Assembly (NCBI GenBank): GCA_002189035.1
Contig: NEEC01000007.1
Location: 434,001-498,000, forward strand
Direction of reading: 5' to 3'
From: Utricularia gibba
Lineage: Eukaryota > Plantae > Magnoliophyta
Length of the DNA: 64,000 nucleotides
The notes under the pieces were generated by a model that saw nothing but the letters and a program-made list of their open reading frames with translations, was not told the origin of the DNA and searched no databases. Position numbers and translations under genes: made by a program. Below are positions 52,342 to 63,129 of the stretch, piece by piece. Within the stretch, counting starts at the first letter, position 1. Every line of letters begins with the position of its first letter.

Positions 52342-53305
52342 TCAAGGAGACGCCGATGGGGCGGTGGTATCCGTTGGGATAACGTCGACGGCGAAGCCTT
52401 TCCGGGTAGTCATCCAGTAGTCGGAGTACGGATTGGTTGTCTCCGGGACGGGAATGCCTTCCCTGGACTTCCGTAGCTCCTCGCCTGAGATTTTGTACTT
52501 GTCATCCCTTGCTCTGATCATGTCCTCCCCCACCATCCCCTGCGGCGACACCATGAACGCCGGTGCCCCCATCGGCAGCTGGTCACCTAGCACGGCATCC
52601 CATGAATATTACCATCGGCGATGACATCAACGTTTTGCGATTCGGGTAGATTAAAGAAGTTACCCCGATCAACTTGCCAAGTGCACCAAAACTTGCCGTA
52701 GGTTTGTGCCATGTCTTTCGCTTCTGATCTCTGTATCATCTCTGGAACTCCTGGATTCACCCATAGCCCTTGAGTGACCTGCGACCCGGTTAAAGCTCAA
52801 CATGGAAACTAAGTAAATTTTTCAATGAAATGGGTGATGTTAGAATGAGGCATCTTACCTCGTATCCATGAGAATGCCAAAGCTTCTGCTCCTCCGGGGG
52901 CAGAGTATCGAATACCCTCTGTGAAATTATGTACTCCACACCTTCATCATAGAAATAATTCTCTGAGGGATCAAAACCAATCGAATGGACGCAATCATCC
53001 GCGGGATGGATTCGTAGCGTACCGATAAGCCGGGCATCGGACTCGTCGGAATCGTAGTCTGCGCACTGAAGGAAGTCCTGGGAGAGGCGGGAGGCGTAGT
53101 GATGGACCTGGATCTGCCGGCGCATGTCATGACTGTAAATCGCGAACGTGCTGACGTGTTGTCTCATGTTCTTGATCGGACTTAAAGATTGCACTATTTG
53201 AGCGGCGCCGTCGAGGATCATTTGCCCCACCGTCGTCGATTTCCCGGGCGGGATTGATCCGTCGCCGGGCGGCATTGCGCCGGGAACACCGTCGCTTGAA
53301 GCCAT
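52342..53305 (-). CDS. OBAP2: Oil body-associated protein 2 (DUF1264), 4 exons
   Basis: RQIQVHHY, DFLQCAxYDSD, LIG|VEYIIS, EEQKLWHSH-x-YE, YGKFWCTWQVDRG|DQLPMGAP. Confidence 0.9.
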
Positions 53306-53928
53306 CGGAGATTCGGAATACTCGGTTCTGGCGATGACACCTTTTTGGTATTGAAAATGTAAATAGGTAAACGTTCAGTGACGTGGGATCCTCTAATTTC
53401 GCCGCGTGTCATTGGCGTGGCACGGCTTGCTTACTCTTCTCGTGTGTAGAAACTGTTTCAAATTTTATTTTCGAATTATTTTAAAAATAATATAAATCGA
53501 AAAATATTTATTATTTTTAGAAAGTTTACAAACCTATTTTTTATTGTACTAAAATTACTAGAAAAATATTTTTCGATAAATAAAATTAAGTGAAACCTGA
53601 ATGTTTGGTTCCATTGGAAAGTTTTTCAAATTTTAGATATTAATTAAAATCCAATAATAGGATAAAAAATTTTCATATTGAAATTTATTTGTTTATGTCT
53701 ATTTAATTAAAATATTTATGTTGGGATGATTTTTCTAGTTTAGGGTGTCCGACAGAAATTGATCAAGACACCGGGTACTCTACTTCTCTTCTTGCCCTAA
53801 ACCCATGGGCGATTTCTTTTTGAATTTGAGCTGGGGAGTTGCAAATTTGTGCTTATCTGTCTGACTATTACCTTTTGCTGCAGGGTTATTGAGGGTTGTG
53901 ATTGGTTAATTGGAGAGCCGAAGTGGAA

Positions 53929-55033
53929 ATGCAGGTTAGGTTTTTTGTATCGTGATTTTTGTTTCCGGTCGTGTTCCGTTGTGCTCTTTTTTTTGGTGTT
54001 AGTGTCTAAATAGTTGTGTGATTCGGGGGTTGAGTTTGTTTATGGGTTTTGGATTGGTAAGATGGCGAAATCGAATTTTGGAGAAGAATCATCATGGATT
54101 GTGTTATGCATATTCGTTTTAATTGCTTTATGGGTGGGATCGCCCGATGAACAGATGAGGAGATTTAACGGTGAATTTATAAATTTTGTTATTTGATTGA
54201 GGGTATATGGAGAAAATCAATGTTACCAATGAATTGTGGCGTGAATGACACAAATGCTGTAAAATATCACAACAGTCAGTTCAGAATGCCACTCTTCTTT
54301 GATGATGTTATTAGGCATCAAGGGCAAGGCTTTTTAAGGAATACAAAGAAGTTCAAAGAGAGAAATCTGCTGATCCTGACATACAACTTGTCTGTGATGA
54401 TTCTAACATATTTAAATGGACAGCTCTCATAAAGGTTTGCTATACTATTTCCTTTTCCTCTTAGGCCTTTCATTAACTTCCTGCGGTATTTTGTTTGTAG
54501 GGTCCATCTGAAACTCCATATGAGGGAGGCGTTTTCCAGCTTGCTTTTGCTGTCCCTGAACACTACCCCCTGCAGCCTCCTCAAGTTAGGTTCTTAACGA
54601 AGATATTCCACCCGAATGTGCATTTCAAGGTAACTAATGCTCGAAAAGGCAATCTCCAACAGCATGCTTGGTGGTATGTATAGACGCTGAGGATGTATAT
54701 GGTTTTATATGTCATGCAGACAGGTGAAATATGCCTTGATATATTGAAGAACGCTTGGAGCCCTGCTTGGACTCTGCAGTCAGTCTGTAGAGCTATAATT
54801 GCACTAATGGCTCATCCTGAACCAGATAGTCCTCTCAACTGTGACTCAGGTAACGGCAACAAGTGCTCCTTCTCATCTCAAAATGTGTACTGGAAGCGGA
54901 ACTGAATCTAGTCCCTGTGCTTACGCAATTCCTGCATTAACCAGGGAACCTCCTCCGCTCCGGTGACATCCGAGGATACCAATCCATGGCCAGGATGTAC
55001 ACCAGGCTTGCCGCCATGCCCAAGAAAGGTTGA
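53929..55033 (+). CDS. PEX4: Peroxisomal ubiquitin-conjugating E2 (UBC21), 5 exons
   Basis: MQ|[25 protein letters not shown]|[29 protein letters not shown]|NLLRSGD...AAMPKKG*. Confidence 0.96.
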
Positions 55034-56660
55034 AAAGAATAAGTTGGAATTACTGGTATCATGTAGATTTCAACTTGGATGTGTTGCTATACTACTCTTG
55101 ACCTCCCAAAGCCAAATCCTTTGGTGGATTTTATGGATTTACCTTTCTTGAAGAATTGCTCTGATTTTTACTTAAAAAAAATAAAAATTTAAACACGTTT
55201 TGTAGTTTAAAACAAAAGGATGTGGAGATTCAAAATATCGTACCATGGAATATTTGATTTTTTAATGATTGTTTGATTATATTGATAAGTAGGTTTATGG
55301 TTTTGTGAAATGTCCAGGAACCACTACGCCTCCTATGAATAAAGAAATGTGACTGCTTTTCAGGACGCCACCTATTCTAACTTGATATCATGTTCATGTG
55401 CGCGTACTAAAAAATCACTGCATCACCATTTTTTTTGAACTTGCAAGGGTGTGTGTGTGCATGTAAAAATACTGCCGCTGGGGTTCTTGGAAGATACGGT
55501 CATAGACCAGTGCAGCCAGATACTTTATTCCCTGTTTTTCCTGTGAACAAAGGAATTACCTGCGGGATGGTTCATTGGCTAGTGGATGAAGTTAGGCCGA
55601 TACATCTTTTCGCAGATTGAATGCAGAAAAGTCTTAAATTTGTTGAATTTCTCCGACACTTGAGGTTCCAGAACATGCCATGGTTTTATATATTTGAAAC
55701 GTCGTGATTCAATTTTAAGCATCTGAAATTCAGGGTAGCAGCATGCTGAAGCTGGATGATCGAGTCGAGGCAAGAACAGGACTTGGTTTAAATCTCTATC
55801 TGTTGTCCTAAATCTGCCAGATGTGCTGTCCAGCTTCCTGAAACAGGCGCGAGGTGTGTGTGGATGGGTGACAACTCTTCCAGCGACATTTAACACACTC
55901 TTTGCCTGTCGATCCATCGTCTCTGCTGCCAATGGACATTGCTTAGCAAGGGCTCTTTCACGCTACCTCGCAGCTCTTGTGGACGGTGGCTCTGTTCCAC
56001 CACCACATTCTTCTCCCACCAACCCCCACTGGGAAGCCGAACAAGAAGCTGCACATCCCCTTAAGCAGCAACGCAGGCTACACCACTGCCCCTGTCGATG
56101 ATGCCATGCCAGCATAATAAAACGCAGCAGTTCAGGAGCAAGGGGTAAGCTTTCTCAAAACACCAAGATTTATAATGCATTCTGTGGTTCAGGGGAATAC
56201 GAGCATCTGGTGCATCCGAGTGGGAAATTTGGCCTCCGCTTCAAGAGGAATCTCTCATGAGATGGGAATATAATAGGCTTCGGACATGCGGGCATGGGCG
56301 GCTCCACTGGGTTTGCCATCTCTGTTACTCTCAACAAAATGAACATGGAAGGCAATACTGCCAAGGTGATGCAGCTGGTTTGCTCGGAGCTCAACATCCC
56401 ATTTCCAAGTGACTGTTACACATTGATCGGCACGCCTGATGTTGCTACTCCAAACCAGCACCTTTGATCAACTGAGCTGCTGAAGACTTTGCACAGGGTG
56501 CAAGAAACATACATAGATCAACAACTACTACTGCAACATATTTATGTAAGCAGAATTCCATGTACATACAGATCTATCAGCGATTTAGATTATTTATTAC
56601 TGACAATAACATTAACAGGTTGGAATGGGGCAGTGCAATACAACTGGTTTTAATGATAAA

Positions 56661-57913
56661 TCAAGAGATGATGCCATTACTTAAGAAATTACTGACAATC
56701 TTGTTGAACTGGGAAGCGTTCTCCAGATGCGGAGTATGCCCAGTATTCTTGATCACTTCTAGTCTCGCCTTTTCCCCAGCCAACCTGCGATTCGAACATC
56801 ATCAGAATCTTCTCTTGGTTTTGAAGACGAGAAAGATTCATCCTAGCGAAATGTAGGACAAGAAAGAGGCGAGCATTCAAATGGGTCTTACTTGAGCAGT
56901 TCTGTGGTTTTCTCTAATAAAAAGATCTGATCTTGATCACCCCAGATGATGAGCACATCCTGTTTTCTCAGGAAGGAAAGAGATGAGCGATGCAAAAGAT
57001 CTGATCTTGATCTCCAAATGCAGTCATGAGAGTTGAGAGAGGTGGGAGACCTGGGAGAGAGGAGGTATGATGACATTTTCGTCATTTCCAAGGCTGAGGC
57101 CTTCCAGGAGTTCAGATTTCTCCTTCCTGTTCTCCATGTAGAGTTTCTGGATCCATTTCTCATGATTTTCACTCTTCGTTTGCTTGCAAAGGAAGCGGAA
57201 ATGCGCACGCAAAAAAAAAAAAAAAAGGGTACCTCGATGAAGTCATTGAGCAGGAATTCCGGCATATATGGAAAGCGGTGGACGGTTAGCCGGAGAACGG
57301 TACGCAACTGCGCGGCGGTCGCCGGCAGCAACAGTTCCTCCATATTCTTCGCTTTTCCCTCCTCATCAACCCCAGATTGTCGCTCAGCCGAAGATTAACC
57401 GCTGAGCTAGCGATAACTACTTTCTCCACCCTTTCTGGCCACATTTCGGCGATCCGGTACGACACGAATCCGCCGTAGCTAGTCCCGATCAGCGAGTATC
57501 TAGACATGAAATTGGTCGCGTAAGCAGCATTATGGCAGAGTTATTTGATTTAGTGAATACCTAGAAACCCCCAGCTTCTCGAGAAGTTTCGCGACGCAGT
57601 TCCCCTGAAAAACCTCTGACCTCTCCGACGAATTGGAGAAGGATTCGCCGAAGAAGACCAGGTCTGGGACGTAGACGTTGAATCTCGGTGCGAAAAAGGT
57701 GACCTGCGGCCGCCACTGCCAGATCCCCGCCGGCCCGAAGCCGTGAACGAGAACGAGTGACGGTTTGGAGGGCTCCGGGATCAGGGGACCCCAAAAGTGA
57801 ATAGTTGTCTCCCCGTCGATTTGGAGGTTCTGAGAAGTCAGTCCCGCCGCCACAACGGAGCGCCGGAGGAAACTACCATAGAGCGAAGCGAAGCTGAGGC
57901 AGGAGCCCGTCAT
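56661..57913 (-). CDS. Alpha/beta-hydrolase (abhydrolase_1/6 plant family), 5 exons; one apparent -1 frameshift
   Basis: HGFG oxyanion motif, VYVPDLVFFG, nucleophile GTSYGG, acid WGDQD, His in TGHTP; frame break at 57353-57359. Confidence 0.9.
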
Positions 57914-58064
57914 CGTTCACCTCACCTCACTGCCTCTGCGCGCGTGTTTCAGTTGGAAATACACTGCAACTGTAATCTCCATTATACACGTTGGTGGGCC
58001 CCCACCGGTTGGAATATTTGCGACTTGTCGTTTTCAACCCCGAAACAATTTCTATTTCATACAA

Positions 58065-58084
58065 CCCCCCCCCCCCCCCCCCCC
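58065..58084 (+). repeat. C20 homopolymer (G20 on the hydrolase sense strand)
   Basis: Read directly from the sequence. Confidence 0.9.
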
Positions 58085-58630
58085 AAGTCCCCTACCTTTT
58101 CTTCTTAATTTTATTTAATAAACATTATTTTTAATTTTTTTAAAATAAATCCCCTCCTATTATCCAGTGATCGGAATGGAATAACGTAAAATTATGAAAG
58201 TTCGATATACAGAAAGTATAGGAGAAATTTAAGTAAAGATGTAAAAATATTAGGTAAATCTTACATCACCTACAAATAGAATAAAGATACAATTTATGTA
58301 AAAAAATAATCTCTAATTTTGTATTCTCGAAAAGTAAGAATATAAAATCGTAAGAATTAAACATATAAAATCAATAATATCATACAAAAAAAAGAATGAC
58401 TCATTATATTTAAATTTTGTATTTTTAAAAAAAGTAATTTTGATATAAAAAAATATTTTTAATTTTCGTGTCTGCATAGGTGTGCGCATGGTGTCCTAAG
58501 CCTATCATCCTTTTGTTCGAATCCGGGTACGTGTAAGGTGAAAGACAATGAAAATGAAGGCCTGGTCTTCCTCCAGAACAAGTCTGGTAGTCTGTGAGGA
58601 TGAAGAAAGAGCGAGTACAAGCAGCATTCA

Positions 58631-61419
58631 TCACAACAGCCCTGCTTCAAACAAGTTCCTCCTCCTCAAGGTCTCGTGGACCAACTTGAAAGTCTTCTTC
58701 ACAAGCTTCTGATCCAACGCATTCGTTCTGTAGATCTTGAACACACGGTCCACGGAGTCCGGGCTCGTGCTTCGGAAGTACACTTCTTCGAATTTTTTCT
58801 TCACAAACCTAACAGCAAGCAAGTATAGATAGATATCTCAGAAGTTGGCCACTGGTTGTTGATGTCTAGAGCGGGGGAAAGTGCTTACTCGTATGCATGC
58901 TCAATTTCTTGTTTCCCTGCGGAGGCGGGCTGGTAATCTTTGAACCATTCGCAGACGCTTAAAGGCACCTGCATGTAGAAACCAGATGGTTGAGATGATG
59001 GAACATCTGGGATTGGAGGGAATCTGATGTGAACTTACTTTTGGAACCTTCCTCTCGAATAAGTCGAATTTGTTGAGAAACAACATGAAGGAAGTTTTCT
59101 GCGCAAGGAGCAGAGAGTGTTCAGTAGATGCATAACAGGGTTTTCTATGAGAATTATTTGGTGATATGGAACTGAACCTCAAAACATGGTTGCTTTAAGA
59201 TCCACTCAAAGAGCTCCTTCGTTTCCATCATACGGTTCTTGTCATCCTCGAGGAGAGTCTGATCATACCTGGGAGAATGCACCAAACAATAGTGAACTAA
59301 CTAATGGTGAGCAGATGACAACTTTTGCATGGTTCACCCAAAAGGGAATCAGGAGGGAGTTAGGGACTGTTACTCGCTTATGGCTGCACAGAATATGACT
59401 GCTGTAACGCCTTCAAAGAGATGAATCCATTTTCTTTTTTCATTTTTCTGGCCTCCAACGTCGAACAACCGGTATACTTCTCCACTTCTTTTATTTTCTC
59501 TGACTGGGCTGCACACCATGATACGTTAGTTATAACATTCAAATGCAGGAATAAACCAACGTGTGCTTGGAAGATAATGTGCTAAGCTGAAAAGAGAATT
59601 GCTGTACACCTGAACTGGATTTCAACAACACCGGTGGTCCGGACCCTGGCATAAAGAACATCTTCCTGCATATGTGATAAGAAGATTATCGTATTATTCG
59701 ACTATTGTATGTAGAATAAGTAACACTGTGCTAAATAGACAGCATTCTGAAGACTCTTTTTTCTTTATTCATGGAGTCCGTTAGGCTTTCAAGCTAAACA
59801 TATATCCCACAAAGTGAATAGACAGCATGCTGAAACCTGGGGCTTCTAGTTCTGTGGTACCTTTGTTGGAGTGTAAACAGGATTTGATAATCTTTGCAAG
59901 TTCTCTATGTAGTAATGTGCACAAGCTGGAACTTGAAGTTTGTTGCCACATGCGAGTGTTTCCTGAATGGCATCATCATGCCAAAGTGTCTCAATCTCAT
60001 CAGCAATTTCTGGAGTCAAAAATGGTAAATCCAATCTGCTACCGATCTCTGAGAGCCTCTCTCCAATTTCCTGTTAGCAAAAGCATTGAAGTCCATCTGA
60101 GTTACAAGAAGCAAGAATCTGTACATTTTTTCAACAATCCCTCTCTTGTTTATGTCATCTTTTTGTGCTTCAATGATACCAGAATTCTAATGTTTCTCAC
60201 AGGGTACATTCACTCTATTTACACCATGTACTTTTTCCATGCATACGTGACAGAGATTTTCCTAGAGTAATTTGTTTGTCTCTCCCAGAGACTTCTAGGA
60301 AGGTCATTTTGGCACCTCTCCCACCAAAACTCTAGAACTCAGAGCTAGGACAAATATCTTTGATAAAGAGTTTGTTCTGTAACAACTTTTGCTTTCTTCC
60401 TCACCATAGCTGGAGTTTGCAGAGGTGGCATAGCTGTTCACATCTACTAAAAACATGATGGAAGGTTTCCAAGTACCTTATTTTCATCAGACACAAGGAA
60501 CTTCGAGCCATCACTGAGACTTTGAGACAATTCCTTCGATCCATCGAAAAGTATCTGAAAACAAGGATCTAACTTGCATTAAGTTGAGAACCTCACAACT
60601 GCAACATGCATAGTTGCTCCTGCAAAAGGGAAACAACAAACACACCCCTTCATGTACATCATACTTTTATTGTCTGATATATGTTGGCATGAATGACTGG
60701 GATGTAGCTTTCCAGTTCAGCATCATCAAAACCATTCTGAAAAAGTAGTTTTATCTGCAAATAAACAAAGCCATTGTCTACTTAAAACATTGAAAAAAAT
60801 CATTACTCATGCCAGAGGAATAAAAAATTCTGGCACAACATACCTGCTTGAAGATGGTGGATTTTCCGGAATCACTGGAACCTAGAAACAGATGATGCGT
60901 GAAATATCAAGTAAAAGGGGATATCTGATATATAAAGGAAATGCTGCACCCAAGATGTCATATTTCGCAAGGAAATTCTATGAAAAAAGAAGCCTCCATG
61001 GAACAAGTAATAAGTCACATCACACCGAATAACAAAAGAAAAATAAGTACACCGGCCTTCCATCTGAAAACCAACCCCACCACCTTCTTGTTAGGACTGG
61101 AGTCAAAAACACAAGCAACGCAACTCCAGCCAAATCCCATAATCATTTACACAACCCCAAGATAGTAACTTGTTCACCAACAGTGGCACACCCATCAGCT
61201 GAAGGCGGAGACAAATACCTAGTAAAAGAAGTTTTTGAACGTGCTCCTCTTCTTTCGACTCCCTTTCAATCCGCTTCTCAATTTCTGCAGTCTAAAAACA
61301 CAAGCAGCCTTAATCCCACTCCATTAAAAAAGAATCATCGCTAAAAAACATAACTTTACCTGCTCAATCTCATCAGAATCCGCTCTCCAGTGCTGCTGCC
61401 TACAGCAGAGTGACCCCAT
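58631..61419 (-). CDS. GPA1: Heterotrimeric G-protein alpha subunit, 12 coding exons, divergent nucleotide-binding motifs
   Basis: MGSLCC acylation start, KLLLLG|, [30 protein letters not shown]-terminus [11 protein letters not shown]; all exons join in frame. Confidence 0.96.
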
Positions 61420-63129
61420 TATCGATTAACGTGCGAAGCGCAACATACGGTCAATGACGAGTACGGGATCGATCAGTGAACATTGCCAGCCAAAGAGAAA
61501 TGCAAGGACGGAAGTTAATAGAACCCAGGAGAAATGGTTAAAAGAAAAGGCGCATTCGTCAGCAGGAGGCGGGGAAAAGGTCAGCAAGGGCGGCGACGGT
61601 GGCCGGTGGGTGAGTACAGTGGGGGAATTGAATAGGTTTTTTTAGCACAGAGCGGAGTTCAGTGGCGAGGAGTGGATCGGATCAGCGAAAATATTTTGGA
61701 ATAAAAGGTTTTTAAAAGCTCTGACCAGTCAAATAGATGGTGACATACACACTAATGGCTCCACTTCAGAGCTCCACCGAATAATCTGGTAAGGCTCTTC
61801 AATGCAACTTTTTGCCTGGTAACACCAAATCGGATACCAGCTTTCAGACAAACCTTGTCTTTCATGCCTCCTCTCGTTTATGATCAGATGATTCTCTGAG
61901 AACGAGGAAAGCTACTCGAAAAAAAGGGAGTTTTTCACTAGCAAATCAATGAGGATTGGAGATCCTAAAGACTGAAGATACGGTCTATGCAGCAGTAAAG
62001 ATGGTCCATCGGCGCAAGAGCTGGGCCAGCCTCATAAGTCGGCCTGTAAGAATCTTTTCTCTGTCTCATTTGTTTGAAAAGAAACAGGAACTAGCAGGTT
62101 TCTCCCAAGTCTTTTCGCCATGGAATCAATTCCTTTGGAAAAGTTTCTAAGAATGATGGTCTTGTTTGATGAAACTTTTTGAGAAAAATCTTGTAGATGA
62201 TGAATTTATCATAGTCATTGGTGACCCAGAGAAAAAAGAGACCCAATCTCGTACAAATGGTGAATATCGTAGTAGCAGATGGAAGGGAAGATGCAAGAAA
62301 GGCAAGAACACAAGGGTGTGAAACCATTGCAAGTTAGTAAACTGGGGCGCTATTTACCGTCTCTACAGAAACACAGTCATTTTGGGGGGTGATTCCTGGA
62401 ATCCCTCATGAATTTATTCACACTTTCCGATACGTAACATGGGCATTTACTTGCCCAACTGCCAACTCCCCCAACTTTCTATTTTCCGGATCAAAATCAG
62501 ATCTTGCTGCTATTTACCATGGCTACACATATCCACTCCCCAAACCAATTTCTTCTTCCTTCCCATTTCTCCCTACATTCATAAATTGGGAAAGTGGGAT
62601 TTTGATATCTTGCCATGTGAATTCGTTACCCAGCTTCTGTGTTTTACTTTTCTTTTTACCCTTTTGTTCCCCCTTTCTGTGGCATTCTGCGCGGGTTCTC
62701 GCCCAGCTGCCACAATGATGGTGAACACAGACAGTCAGATCTGCCTCTCAGATGGACCCAACTCTTGGGAAGCTACTTCCCTTGTTCTTTCAAGGCATCC
62801 TTGATTCATAATCAGAAAAAAAAAGGATTTTTGTTTAACGGCCTGATGCTTCTGCGCCGATAGAAGCAATACAGAGAGCCATGATCCTGAAAAACACACT
62901 CGGGGGATTTTTGTGTTACCAATTCAAAAAATAAGTATATGAATTATATAATCATATAAGATTGATATACTTATGATAGTTAATTAAATAACGATTTATA
63001 CGTAAACTTAAATATGAATCTACTATATTGTAATATAAAATACCATGTAACTATTGTGACAACTATAAGGACAAGATTTGGGAGAGTTTCATTGGATATT
63101 ACTATGTATATAAGCTCACACAAAAAACC

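Noticed and set aside
55745-55762. TGAAGCTGGATGATC resembling miR167
   Set aside because: Needs a multi-base gap and no star arm is visible.
58515-58524. GTTCGAATCC resembling a tRNA T-loop / B-box
   Set aside because: Flanks do not form a T-stem or cloverleaf; lies in the GPA1 3' UTR region.
61220-61290. Suspected frameshifts in GPA1 exon 2 and in the KH exon near 18110
   Set aside because: Re-reading shows both are in frame ([14 protein letters not shown]; GDDAYGAISSS).
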